A stretch of DNA of 64,000 bases, from contig JAANOX010000106.1 of the NCBI GenBank assembly GCA_020184695.1, positions 39,213 to 103,212 of the forward strand, written 5' to 3'. This DNA is from Histomonas meleagridis 2922-C6/04-290x. Lineage: Eukaryota; Protista; Parabasalia. The stretch's first letter is position 1. Every line of letters begins with the position of its first letter. Both the position numbers and the translations under genes were made by a program. Below are positions 42,236 through 52,222 of this stretch, one piece after another. The notes beneath the pieces were generated by a model. It was not told the DNA's origin. It made no database searches and was given only the letters and a program-made list of their open reading frames with translations.

Positions 42236-42979
42236 TCATGGTTTTTCTGATACACAGCACATCCAAATTCGAGTGCCAAATACCTTGAAAAGAGTGCGAA
42301 CAAGAGTTCTGAAGTCGATGTAATGTGACGAGGTATAATAAAAGGTAAGCTTTTTTCCATAAAATTGGAATTCTGCACCAATTATTTTCATCGGCAAAGC
42401 ATATTCTATGACTTTTGCTTGGCACAACTCAAGTGCTCTTAACTCTCTTTCTGCTTTTTGTTGGAGTTGATCAATTTCATATTGTTGAGCAATTCTTAAT
42501 ATCATTTTTGCTGATCTTTGATCACGTGGGGAAGGCTTCGTAACTATTCCTACTACTACTCCAATATCATATCCACGATCAGCCTCAGTTAAAACATAAT
42601 CACCAATTTGAATTTTTAAATCTTGGTTTGTATAAAAGCAAGAAGATCTATACATGTTAAATTTAACCGTATAGTAACATGATTTTGCATAGTTGCCATC
42701 TGTTTCAATTTCACCTTGGAATTGAAAATCAGCATGTTGATTTAGATCATCATCATCATTTGAAGGAAAGTCCATATTTCGAGCTGAAACTGGAAGGGAA
42801 CTTACTTGCCTTGAAAAATAAACATTTGGATTTACAAGTGTGAATTTTTTTTTTGGAAATTGATTTGTTTCTCCATCTTCGCACATATCTCTTAATGTAG
42901 ATGGAAGTAACGCTGACATTGAGTGATTCATTTGAGGTTCATCATTCCCCGGGGAGTCGTTCCAATTTGTTTGGGTCAT
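42236..42979 (-). CDS. PSP1 C-terminal domain protein
   Basis: ATG at 42979. GDYVLTEADRGYDIGVV and MKIIGAEFQF.GKKLTFYY.S...IDFRTLVRTLFKVFGTRIWM. Confidence 0.85.
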   Translation of the reverse strand: MTQTNWNDSPGNDEPQMNHSMSALLPSTLRDMCEDGETNQFPKKKFTLVNPNVYFSRQVSSLPVSARNMDFPSNDDDDLNQHADFQFQGEIETDGNYAKSCYYTVKFNMYRSSCFYTNQDLKIQIGDYVLTEADRGYDIGVVVGIVTKPSPRDQRSAKMILRIAQQYEIDQLQQKAERELRALELCQAKVIEYALPMKIIGAEFQFYGKKLTFYYTSSHYIDFRTLVRTLFKVFGTRIWMCCVSEKP

Positions 42980-44474
42980 TTTATCTGTGTGCTCAAACAA
43001 AACGGTTATGTTTTTAATTCCAATTTTTTATTTTTTTGAATATTTTCCATTCAAAAAATTCAATATAACGTTTTTTAGAATAATGTTTTTGATGATCTAA
43101 TTTTGCCAATTCTTTTGAGATTTTAATGTGATCTCATCATTTACGAATTAAATTTGATCTAAATATTGTGGAAATTGTTTTAGCAAGTCGAAAATTCTTT
43201 TTGTTCTCCTAAAAACGAACGTGGGAATGGCCATTAAAAAATTTTTTTACGATTTTTTTCTGAAAAAATAACAACTTTTGTGAACAACGGTTTCTTCACA
43301 AAATTTCTGTTCGACCAACGTACCGGCCGAAATTCTGGGGTCGATGTTCAGGCAAAAGAACACGGAAAGTCCATGTAAATTAATTTATAAGATGAATGTT
43401 ATGAATGCCATTATAAACAAATGATGTTGTTTTAAGAAGTGAAAAAACATGTGGTTTTCAACCAAAATTGCCGGAAAAATCAGTCAAAATATCATATTAC
43501 ACTTGAACGTATCAAATGAACAAATGCTATTGGTTTAAAGCTATAAACAAGCATACAATTGTGTAATGTGGTACCTATGCATCATATTGTAATTAATGAA
43601 ATCATTATTTTAATCGTAGCTCACGCGTCACCTTTTCGAAGTAAAGCTTAAAATGAAAAGCCACAACCTTATTTTTTACCAATAGATGTTAGTGCATTAT
43701 CAGATACTAAGAGGTCTTATCCGAAGGCTCCTTACAATCGATCCTGCTGAGTGACATTTCTTTTTACAACAAAAACATTATTTATTTTCATTGGAAAAGA
43801 TAAAATTATTTTTATCTCATTTGAGATTAACATTAATGATACAAGCGAATTCGCTTTAACAGCGCCACCTAAAGCTATTGGTCATCATTGGAAGATAATT
43901 TCAAAATATTTTACTGAAAGAAATTTCATTTACAATGCAAAAACAGATGGTTTACTTCATTGCGAAGAAGACAAGGAAATTGTCTTCAAAAAGAACTATA
44001 AAGTTTGTTGGAAAATAAATTAAAACATAAAAAAGATTTTAGAAACTATTTCGACATTAATCTCCTTGTCAATTTTAACAAGTTTACAAAAATTTATTTC
44101 AATTTTCAATCTGTTGTAATGTAAAATTATTTGAATACTGTTTAAATATGTATATATATATTGAAAGATTCGGATGTATAAGATTTTGTTTATTATGATA
44201 TTTGGGTATATTTGCTTTTCATGAGACATTTAACTTTGAATATGTTAATAGTCAAAAAAAGTTAGAATGTCACTTTTTAGTTATCCCTTCCGAAAGTGGG
44301 AACAAAGAACCATCATCAAATATTGTTCTCTCTTAGGACAAGGCAGTAAACAAATATATGATAATTTGGTATATATGTATACCACATATATCAATAGCAA
44401 TAAAGTATATTCAAAATCCTAGGATTTTTGATCAAAAATTGGCTTCATAGGTTCAAAAATTTAATTTTTCATGT

Positions 44475-44708
44475 ATGGGCGAGGAACTTACAGGAAGACC
44501 CACATTGGACCTTGATTCTTTATTTCGAACTACCTCCAAAAGTTCCCATAATCTTCTGCAAAAAATAGCACAGAACTTCTACATCTCACATCATATCGTT
44601 AAAAAAATCCTTCAAAAAGATCAGCAGATGATAAAATTTCCAAAAAAGTTAGTACCGCATGAATCTTTTAATTATTCTTCACATAATGATAAAATTTTCA
44701 TGAGTTAA
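44475..44708 (+). mobile_element. mariner-type transposase fragment
   Basis: GRP linker, HTH (LQKIAQNFYISHHIVKKIL) and KLVPHE, matching the mariner WVPHEL motif. The catalytic domain is absent. Confidence 0.55.
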
Positions 44709-45094
44709 TTTAGACAATGGTATGTTTTTTATTTAGGTCAACAATCAAAAAAATTTAGCGGGTCTTTAAGAGGCTTTGTCACCCCTTGCAGACATTTTTG
44801 TTCCATATTATGGAGTTTAAGAGCACATCCTTTTTGGACTTAATTCAACGCCTTATTTAAAAATATTATTTTGATATATAAAATCATAATAATAAATATT
44901 AAATAAATTTCTTTATCATTAATATCAATTCCTTCAACATTAAACGTAATACTGCCGATGAAACATGTTTCATATCTTAACACTATTATCGGAACTCGAT
45001 GTCGTTAAGATCATTTCAACAGATGATAATTTTATTTGCTCGCTTTAAGCTGTTGTAATTCTTTTGACATTTTTTCAGTAAAGACGATTTTTTT

Positions 45095-46600
45095 TCATTC
45101 AATTTCCTCGAATCCATCAGAAATTTCCGTATCGTTCTCAATTACGATTATTTCTTTTTCTTCGATTCTATTTTCGTTTTCGGTATTATCGATTGATATT
45201 TCAATTACTTCGTCATCACTATTATTCAATTTTTCAAGTTCTTTTAATCTTGCTTCCAAAGCTGCGATACGTGATTTATATGAAACTACATCAGCCATTT
45301 CATGTGCATTTTTGGCGATTTGGTTTTGTAATGTTTCAATTATTTTTTCGCATTCGTGAATATGATTTTGTAATTCTGTTGAATCATCATCAATAAAATC
45401 AACAGAATTCATTTCTTCCAAAATTTTAATCCTTTCTTTTAATTCGGCATTTTCCGTTTCATTTTCATTTAGTTTCTTTTCTAATAAAGAACACATTTGC
45501 ATCAAAACTTTTATTTTTTCATCTTTCGTTTGTAATTGTATTTCATTCGCTTCAATTATTTCATTTTGTTTATTTATAAACTTTGTAAGTTCGTCATTTC
45601 CTTGACAAGCTTCTTTATATTTTTGCATTGTTTTTCTTGTTGCTTCTTCAAATACTTCAATTTTCTTCTTTAGTTCTGTTTTTAAAATTTGATTTTCATT
45701 TGTTATCTCTAAGTTTCGTAGTTCAATTTCAGTTATCTTTTCGGATCTTTCATGGAAATCTTCGATTTGTTGTATTAAAATTTGGTTTTGCTGTAACAAA
45801 TCTTTTAACTTTTCATGCGCAGTCATGATTTGCTTGGTAAGTGTTACATTATCATCATGAAGTTTTATGGATTCTTCTGTTGTCGTTTCTTGATTTTTCA
45901 TAAGTTGTTCCATTTCTGATATCTTTAAGTTGAGCTTCGATATTAATTTTTCTTTTTGCTTATTATCTTCTTTGATTTCATCAATTTGTAATAGTTTTTG
46001 AGCATATTCCGAAAGAGTTTTTTTAAGATTTGTGTTTTCTTCTGAAAGAAATTTGTTATTCTGTTTTATGTCTTTTGATTCTTCGATTGTAATACATTTT
46101 TTCCATATTTCATTAAGTTCGTTTTCAAGTTCTTCAGTACGATGAATAAGTGACTTATTTTCGCTTTCAATTTTTAACTGTGATTCAGAAATTTGTTTGT
46201 TTTGGATTTCTAAATTTTGATTAACTTCTTTAAGATTGGAAATTTCATCGAGTAACTTCTTGTTTTGATCTAGCGTGAGTGAGTTTTGCTTTTTTAGAGT
46301 GCCATATTCGTTTTCAAGTTTTTCAAATTGCTCTTTCCAAATATATTCCATTTCACTTTGGAGATTATTTTCTATTGATTTTTTATTTTCTTGTTTCAGT
46401 TCTTCATTTTCCACTTTGATATTTTCTAGTTCAATTGTTAAGTCTTCCTTTTCGATAAGAATCTCATTGATTTTATCCTTTAATTCTTCAATTATAAAAG
46501 ATGATTCCTCAATTTGTTTTTTCATGTTTGCTATCTCTGTTTCGTATTTATGATCAATATTATTGAAGCTATTTGCTTTTGTTTCTTCATCTTTTTCCAT
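45095..46600 (-). CDS. Long coiled-coil hypothetical protein
   Basis: 501-aa E/K/L/N-rich heptad ORF starting at an ATG. Confidence 0.7.
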   Translation of the reverse strand: MEKDEETKANSFNNIDHKYETEIANMKKQIEESSFIIEELKDKINEILIEKEDLTIELENIKVENEELKQENKKSIENNLQSEMEYIWKEQFEKLENEYGTLKKQNSLTLDQNKKLLDEISNLKEVNQNLEIQNKQISESQLKIESENKSLIHRTEELENELNEIWKKCITIEESKDIKQNNKFLSEENTNLKKTLSEYAQKLLQIDEIKEDNKQKEKLISKLNLKISEMEQLMKNQETTTEESIKLHDDNVTLTKQIMTAHEKLKDLLQQNQILIQQIEDFHERSEKITEIELRNLEITNENQILKTELKKKIEVFEEATRKTMQKYKEACQGNDELTKFINKQNEIIEANEIQLQTKDEKIKVLMQMCSLLEKKLNENETENAELKERIKILEEMNSVDFIDDDSTELQNHIHECEKIIETLQNQIAKNAHEMADVVSYKSRIAALEARLKELEKLNNSDDEVIEISIDNTENENRIEEKEIIVIENDTEISDGFEEIE

Positions 46601-46622
46601 TTGTTTCTAAACGGTCGTTTCA
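46601..46622. promoter_or_regulatory. 22-bp head-to-head intergenic region, putative bidirectional core promoter
   Basis: ATGs at 46600 (-) and 46623 (+) flank ttgtttctaaacggtcgtttca. It contains an M3-like GACCGTTT on the minus strand and TCA just before the plus-strand ATG. Confidence 0.4.
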
Positions 46623-47576
46623 ATGCAAACAAACAGAAGAGGAAGCATAAGCGACACAATTGATATATCAAAGACAAAAGCAAAATCATTTCCAAAAGTT
46701 AAACAACCAGATACTGTTATAAGTATTGATGCATCACAAAACTTCATTCAATTTTTTCCAAATCTCGAAGATTTTACAAGTCTTCAACATTTAAATCTTG
46801 CAAAAAATGAGCTCACAGATCTCTCAAATCTAGGCGAAATTTTGCATCTCAAATTTTTAGATATCAGTAATAATCATATTACTTCGATCGAATTCATAGA
46901 AAAATTGCCAAACTTAGAAATGCTAAATGCTTCATCTAATGAAATTCAGTCAATAAGCTGTGCATTTCCACCACATCTTTTAGAATTAGATTTATCCAAT
47001 AATCAACTTTCATCTTTAGATTTTCTTGAAAATGAAGAAAAGGTACCAGTTGATCTTGAGCAGCTTAATGTAAGCGGCAATAAAATTCGAGATTTAATTG
47101 AACTCCGTTTCATTTCCCTATTTCCAAAATTACGATTTTTAAATATTGGCCTTTTAAAACAAGAGCAATCGAATCAAATTCTTGAGTTTGTAAAGCATCT
47201 TTGCCCATCGCTCGAGTTTTTTGATGATGCTGATTGCTTCGACTTTGATGGAAATGACTTCAAAGAAGACGAACTGCTTCCAATTCTTATTGGAGGCTCG
47301 GAACAACGCCTCCAAAAGTATTTGTTTAGTAGTGACATCATTGTGAGCTGGGATAAGCCATATTTCATACCTTTTAATGATGCAAATATATCTGATTCAG
47401 CAGAAAAAGTCAAAAAGTTGGAGAACCAAATTAACACCATTGAACGCAGAGCACAAGACACAGATTCGTATGAGCAGCTGAGAGATGAAATAGCGACTTT
47501 GAGAGAACAGATGTCGAAATTGGCGGAACTGTTATTTGTGCATGATCAAGCGCTGAGAGAGATATGGAACAAATAG
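46623..47576 (+). CDS. SDS22-like leucine-rich repeat protein with C-terminal coiled coil
   Basis: LxxLNLxxNxL repeats (LQHLNLAKNEL, LKFLDISNNHI, LEMLNASSNEI, LLELDLSNNQL, LEQLNVSGNKI) and an LRR cap CPSLEFFD. Confidence 0.8.
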   Translation: MQTNRRGSISDTIDISKTKAKSFPKVKQPDTVISIDASQNFIQFFPNLEDFTSLQHLNLAKNELTDLSNLGEILHLKFLDISNNHITSIEFIEKLPNLEMLNASSNEIQSISCAFPPHLLELDLSNNQLSSLDFLENEEKVPVDLEQLNVSGNKIRDLIELRFISLFPKLRFLNIGLLKQEQSNQILEFVKHLCPSLEFFDDADCFDFDGNDFKEDELLPILIGGSEQRLQKYLFSSDIIVSWDKPYFIPFNDANISDSAEKVKKLENQINTIERRAQDTDSYEQLRDEIATLREQMSKLAELLFVHDQALREIWNK

Positions 47577-47980
47577 CACTGTTGTTTAAAAGGTACTTTG
47601 TTTTCTGAAATATTTAAACGCGACTATTTTATATGAATAAATTATTATATTAATTATCTTCTTGCTAAATTATTTTACTTAAAAAAGGAAATATTCATTT
47701 GTTGAAGATACAAATGTCAAATTCATTGTACTTTTTTTAAACAAATTGGGAAATTTTTTTTAATTTAAGCCAAATGATTTAGACCATATTAATAATTTTT
47801 ATAGAAAATGAAAAATATAAAACAAAAAGGTAAATACAACATTTACTTTATTGCTTTAAATCCAGAAATTATTTTATTTTTGATTACAAATTTTAAGTGA
47901 TAAATACTTTTTGTAGCAAAGAATTACTTTACATGAAAATTATTAAAAACAAAATCGTACGAAAGTTTTTAAAATAACAA

Positions 47981-49516
47981 TTACAATGCTTCATTCATTT
48001 TTTTGATTTGATCTATGACAGACGCAACTGAAATAATTCCGTAATCCAAAGAAATCGAAAGTTTCAACTGCGAAAATATTTTCAGCACTCTATCCAACGA
48101 ATCTGTACAAGTTATTGGTGACTTAGCGAACACCGGAATCAACAAAGTGAAAATATCATCAAATGATATTTCCAAGAAATTGATATCATTATGAATTTTT
48201 CTTATTCCGTTTTCCACGTTTTCTATTGCAACAAACATTGCATTTCCCATATCAATAGGATTTATATAGAATTGCAGCATAAAAATTTGTTGTGATGCAA
48301 TTTCAAATGATTTAATTTCTTGAAAAATTTCATCAAATGTTTTCAAATAATTATCTGTTCCTATAATTTCTTCTGTAACTTTTAAATCTTTGGGAGTTAG
48401 CTCAATTATATCTGTACATTTTTTAATGAAATCTTCTTGATTTTCATTAACAGAAAATATGTTTTCATTTTCGGTATAATATAAATCAAAAAGAATTCTT
48501 ATGGATGCACATCTTAAAATTAAAAATAAACTTTGGTTTTCAGCAAAATGATCACTTAAAATGCTGAAGAACGTTAAGATAAAAGTGTCAAAATTTTCAA
48601 AGTCAAAATTTTCTATGTCTTTGTTTGGTTTTGGTGGCAATGTTCTGTTCGAAATCGATGACTTCCCTCGAGTAGTCTGAGCTTGAGCCCAAAGTAAAGT
48701 ACCAACTGAACTAGCACGCGAAACTTTAGGCTCATTAAATATGTTGTGTGAGATGATTGTTGGATATTGTGGCATTTTAGAAACAATTTGTTGAAATTTG
48801 AGAATGAGATTATTCCGAATACAATAACAATATAAACAATCATCAAAAGAAGACATTGGAACATAACGTTTTTTAATATCTACAAGTTCACTAACTGATT
48901 GTAAAGATTGAATAAGTTCTTCTGTATGAATCATAGGAATACGATAATCATCTTTATGAAGTTGACAATAATTCTCAAGTGATTTCATCTTGAATTTAAG
49001 TTGAACATGCTTGTTGGTTTCTTCGCGTGATTTTAATGATTCAAGAAATTTGTCATATTTTATCATATAAGGAGAATTGTTTTGAATGGATTGGCTCAGG
49101 AAATTTTCAAACTGTGAAAGTTTTGTCGAAGCATTAGCATAATAATCATGTAAAGATCGATGATATTTTAGTGATATTTTTTTGTATTTATTTAATGCAA
49201 AAATAACTTTGTTTTCAAGATATTCTGATATTACAATTTTTGAGATTGTATGTAAACTAATATTTTCAGCTTTCATATCTTTATCAAAATCATTATGAAG
49301 AATTCGAAAACTTTCCTGATAGTTTTTCATTTGTTTAATTATTTCGTTGGATTTCTTACCATTTGGAGGATATGCTTCAAGATAATCTACAAATTGCAAA
49401 TCAAGTGGAGCCTCAACAGATTTAAAAATAAATTTTCGCGGGATTCTCACAGATTCACGAGACCTCTCCTTTTTTATTGAAAAATTTCTTTTGGCGACTT
49501 TATGCGCCAAGTTCAT
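47981..49516 (-). CDS. Hypothetical protein with possible degenerate VPS9-like C-terminus
   Basis: First ATG at 49516. NPIDMG...ISFDDIFTLLIPVF resembles the VPS9 xADDLLPxL helix. Identity is weak. Confidence 0.55.
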   Translation of the reverse strand: MNLAHKVAKRNFSIKKERSRESVRIPRKFIFKSVEAPLDLQFVDYLEAYPPNGKKSNEIIKQMKNYQESFRILHNDFDKDMKAENISLHTISKIVISEYLENKVIFALNKYKKISLKYHRSLHDYYANASTKLSQFENFLSQSIQNNSPYMIKYDKFLESLKSREETNKHVQLKFKMKSLENYCQLHKDDYRIPMIHTEELIQSLQSVSELVDIKKRYVPMSSFDDCLYCYCIRNNLILKFQQIVSKMPQYPTIISHNIFNEPKVSRASSVGTLLWAQAQTTRGKSSISNRTLPPKPNKDIENFDFENFDTFILTFFSILSDHFAENQSLFLILRCASIRILFDLYYTENENIFSVNENQEDFIKKCTDIIELTPKDLKVTEEIIGTDNYLKTFDEIFQEIKSFEIASQQIFMLQFYINPIDMGNAMFVAIENVENGIRKIHNDINFLEISFDDIFTLLIPVFAKSPITCTDSLDRVLKIFSQLKLSISLDYGIISVASVIDQIKKMNEAL

Positions 49517-49990
49517 TTTTTTTGTCTTTCTGTGTAAAGATATGAAATTCCACTTTTTGTATGGTTGGATACAATCATCGAATGATTCAATTTGCTGAAT
49601 CACCAAAAATTTAATTTGGGAACAACAACTGAGTTTATGAAAATAAAATGTGCAAAATTAATAATCTAGAAGAATTAGGAACTAAATGTATTCAATCAAG
49701 TAATTATGAAATTTTGTTATATTTAAAACAAAAATTACAGATGAAATTATTAATGAATCCGATTCATTAATAGTTATAATTTCAAAATATTATATAATAT
49801 TTCTTAAAATTATTTGATGTAATATTTGTAAATATAGTAACAAATGGATTTATTGAAATTTCAATTGATATCAATATTATATGTTTTTAATTGTAATAAA
49901 TAATTTATGTGTACAAACATTTTTTTGTTTAAAAATTATTTAAAACATCTATCTATTTTATATTTTATTAAAAATCAATATAAATCGTTT

Positions 49991-50605
49991 TTAATTTTCA
50001 TTTTTTTCTTCTTTTTCTTCTTCTTCCTCTTCTTCTTCATCTGATTCATCTTCTGTTTCGCCCACATTAAGGAACTGCTGGTGCACAGAGTTAAGCATTA
50101 CTGTTCGCAATGTGTCTTCTGTTTCTTTTTTAGCTTGTTGAAAACATTTGAAATATAAAATTAAATTAAAAATTTGGATCAAAAGAATGCACAAAGATAA
50201 AATAAATTGTTTTACATTAAACAAATTATATATACTTGATCCAACCCAAAATATGGATTCAAAAATTAATGTAGCCCAAAATAAATTCGAATTAATCGAA
50301 AGTGGTACGAATGGATCTCCTTCAAATGAAAAAGTGACAAAATTTGAATTTTGCGCTTCAGTTGGTGATTTAAGACTCCATGTAAGGCCAACAAGTTTAT
50401 AACTAAAATATCGTCTACATAGAAATATATCAAGAAGTACTAATAAAATTGATAGTAATGAAAATATGAAAAATGGTAAATATGAAATTAAAATACTATG
50501 AAAAAAAATTGGAAGTAGTTTGAAAGTTAGATAAAGAATTAAGGTCGCTTGCGTGTTGTCACCAAGTTTTGAATCAATTAATGTTGTTTGATCATTATCT
50601 TCCAT
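49991..50605 (-). CDS. TVP23: Golgi membrane protein TVP23/FAM18 (DUF846)
   Basis: Four TM helices with LLDIF..R...KLVGLTWS and SNLFWATL, matching the TVP23 DFW..KN..GR.LVGLRWW / S..FW..L motifs. Acidic tail. Confidence 0.7.
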   Translation of the reverse strand: MEDNDQTTLIDSKLGDNTQATLILYLTFKLLPIFFHSILISYLPFFIFSLLSILLVLLDIFLCRRYFSYKLVGLTWSLKSPTEAQNSNFVTFSFEGDPFVPLSINSNLFWATLIFESIFWVGSSIYNLFNVKQFILSLCILLIQIFNLILYFKCFQQAKKETEDTLRTVMLNSVHQQFLNVGETEDESDEEEEEEEEKEEKNEN

Positions 50606-50935
50606 TTGTTGAAAATTTTAAAGAGTATTCACTGCATAGTTAAAAAATTGACATATTTTTGTTTCTTTTGTACTTGATTCGTTTTTCCGTAAAATAAGTA
50701 ATGAACAAATCCTATGTCATTTTGGTCCTTAAGGCACTTTAAAAAAAATAGAGTTTTTCAAAAAAAAATTGGCATATCAATTTATTTCTCATTTTGTCAA
50801 AAATTAAATTTTTAAGAAGCTCAATAAAAACTAAACACGAAAAGCGAATATCAACTTATTTTATTGGGAAATGTTCAACTCTTTTCTTTTTGCTTGAAAT
50901 TGGCCAAAGAAACTTGTGCGTAAAAGTGACAATCG

Positions 50936-51628
50936 ATGTTTCCTTTGTTTTTTTCATTATTCTTACAAATAATTTCTTCTAGGCGTACAATATCTCAGAT
51001 TTTAGTAGGAAATTGGAGTGGTGAAATTACTTATTCTTCTGATAATTCAAATTTTCCAATTGATTTTATCATTTCAGAAAAAGAAAATCCCAATCATTTA
51101 CAAGCATCTTTTGGCAATGACACAGCATTGATTAATCTTAGCGACAAAGATTTATCAGGAAATATCACATTCTATGAAAGTGTTTATTATTTCAATTTTA
51201 CATTAAAAGCACCTCCTTTTGTCTCAAGTGACATAGATCTCGAAGAACATGGTCTTGTTCATGTTCGAATTGCATCATATGAATCCATGCATGTTACATA
51301 TACAGATGGCGAAAGAACATTTTCAACATTTATCAGAAAACAAATTTCCGAAAGTGAATCGAAATCAAACATTCTGAACAATTGGAAGCCAATTATATTG
51401 GTTGCGTTTATTGGTTTACTACAATGGGGATATCAATATTTCACAAAACGATTCACAATCAAAGAATACAACAGACAACGACAAAAAGAAGCGAAGAAGA
51501 AAGAGGACGAAGAAAAGGAAAAGAAAGAAAAAGAAGATAAGGATGGTGAAGAAGAAGAAGAACAGAAAGAAAAGCCTGAAATAAAGCCTCCAGAGCCAAA
51601 CGCAGAAGGAAAGATAAAAGCAGATTAA
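50936..51628 (+). CDS. Hypothetical type I membrane protein with charged cytoplasmic tail
   Basis: Signal peptide MFPLFFSLFLQIISS, beta-rich lumenal domain, TM PIILVAFIGLLQWGY, K/E-rich tail. Confidence 0.65.
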   Translation: MFPLFFSLFLQIISSRRTISQILVGNWSGEITYSSDNSNFPIDFIISEKENPNHLQASFGNDTALINLSDKDLSGNITFYESVYYFNFTLKAPPFVSSDIDLEEHGLVHVRIASYESMHVTYTDGERTFSTFIRKQISESESKSNILNNWKPIILVAFIGLLQWGYQYFTKRFTIKEYNRQRQKEAKKKEDEEKEKKEKEDKDGEEEEEQKEKPEIKPPEPNAEGKIKAD

Positions 51629-51756
51629 ATTTTAGAGCTAAAAACTATCAATAAAATCTAAATCATGAATTTTTTTCAAAATTATAATAATGAATCCACT
51701 AGTAAAATTTGCAAAAAACAACTAATTTAAATTATATATAATACTTTTTAAACAAA

Positions 51757-52031
51757 TTATACAATTGGTTCACTGAATCTATGTAATTGAGAATTGAGGT
51801 TTGGCGCAATAAACGAAACTTGTTCCCCACGAAGAAACATTAAATCATATGACTTTTGAGTGACTTTTCCATTTTCATTTTTTTTTTCAATTACTGGACT
51901 AATTATCAAATTCGTGGATTGATCACAAACTCTGAGACAACCTTCATATACAATTTCTTCAGGTGTCATTATGACGACGTCCTCTGATGTTAAAATTTAA
52001 AAATACGTCCAATGAAGTCAGCTCCAGACAT
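51757..52031 (-). CDS. Sm-like (LSm, LSm8-like) protein; two exons (52031-52007, 51983-51757) with a 23-nt GT-AG intron
   Basis: Removing GTATTTTTAAATTTTAACATCAG (52006-51984) gives an 83-aa protein MSGADFIGQDVVIMTPEEIVYEGCLRVCDQSTNLIIS...LMFLRGEQVSFI with complete Sm1 and Sm2 motifs. Confidence 0.85.
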
Positions 52032-52222
52032 TAAGTATATTTTAACGGTCAATCATTATTAGGAGCGCCCCATAACACCGATCATTCAAACGGTCAACAA
52101 TTCGCAAAACAGAAAGAGACCGTTAAAATGTATTCTATTTTAGTTTCCAAAAATTTTTAAATTAAAAATTAATAAATATAAATTTACATTTAATAAGTAA
52201 ATAATTTTAATAACATTTTCCT

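Noticed and set aside
43751-44229. Small ORFs 43751..44023 (+) and 44020..44229 (-), and similar short ORFs at 9813, 12715, 37805 and 59972
   Set aside because: No recognisable motifs, often non-ATG starts, and AT-rich composition compatible with chance.
44860-44935. Further ankyrin remnant (EGIDINDKE plus AT-rich spacer, minus strand)
   Set aside because: Recognisable as family debris, but the 17+3 register cannot be parsed unambiguously, so it was not used as evidence.
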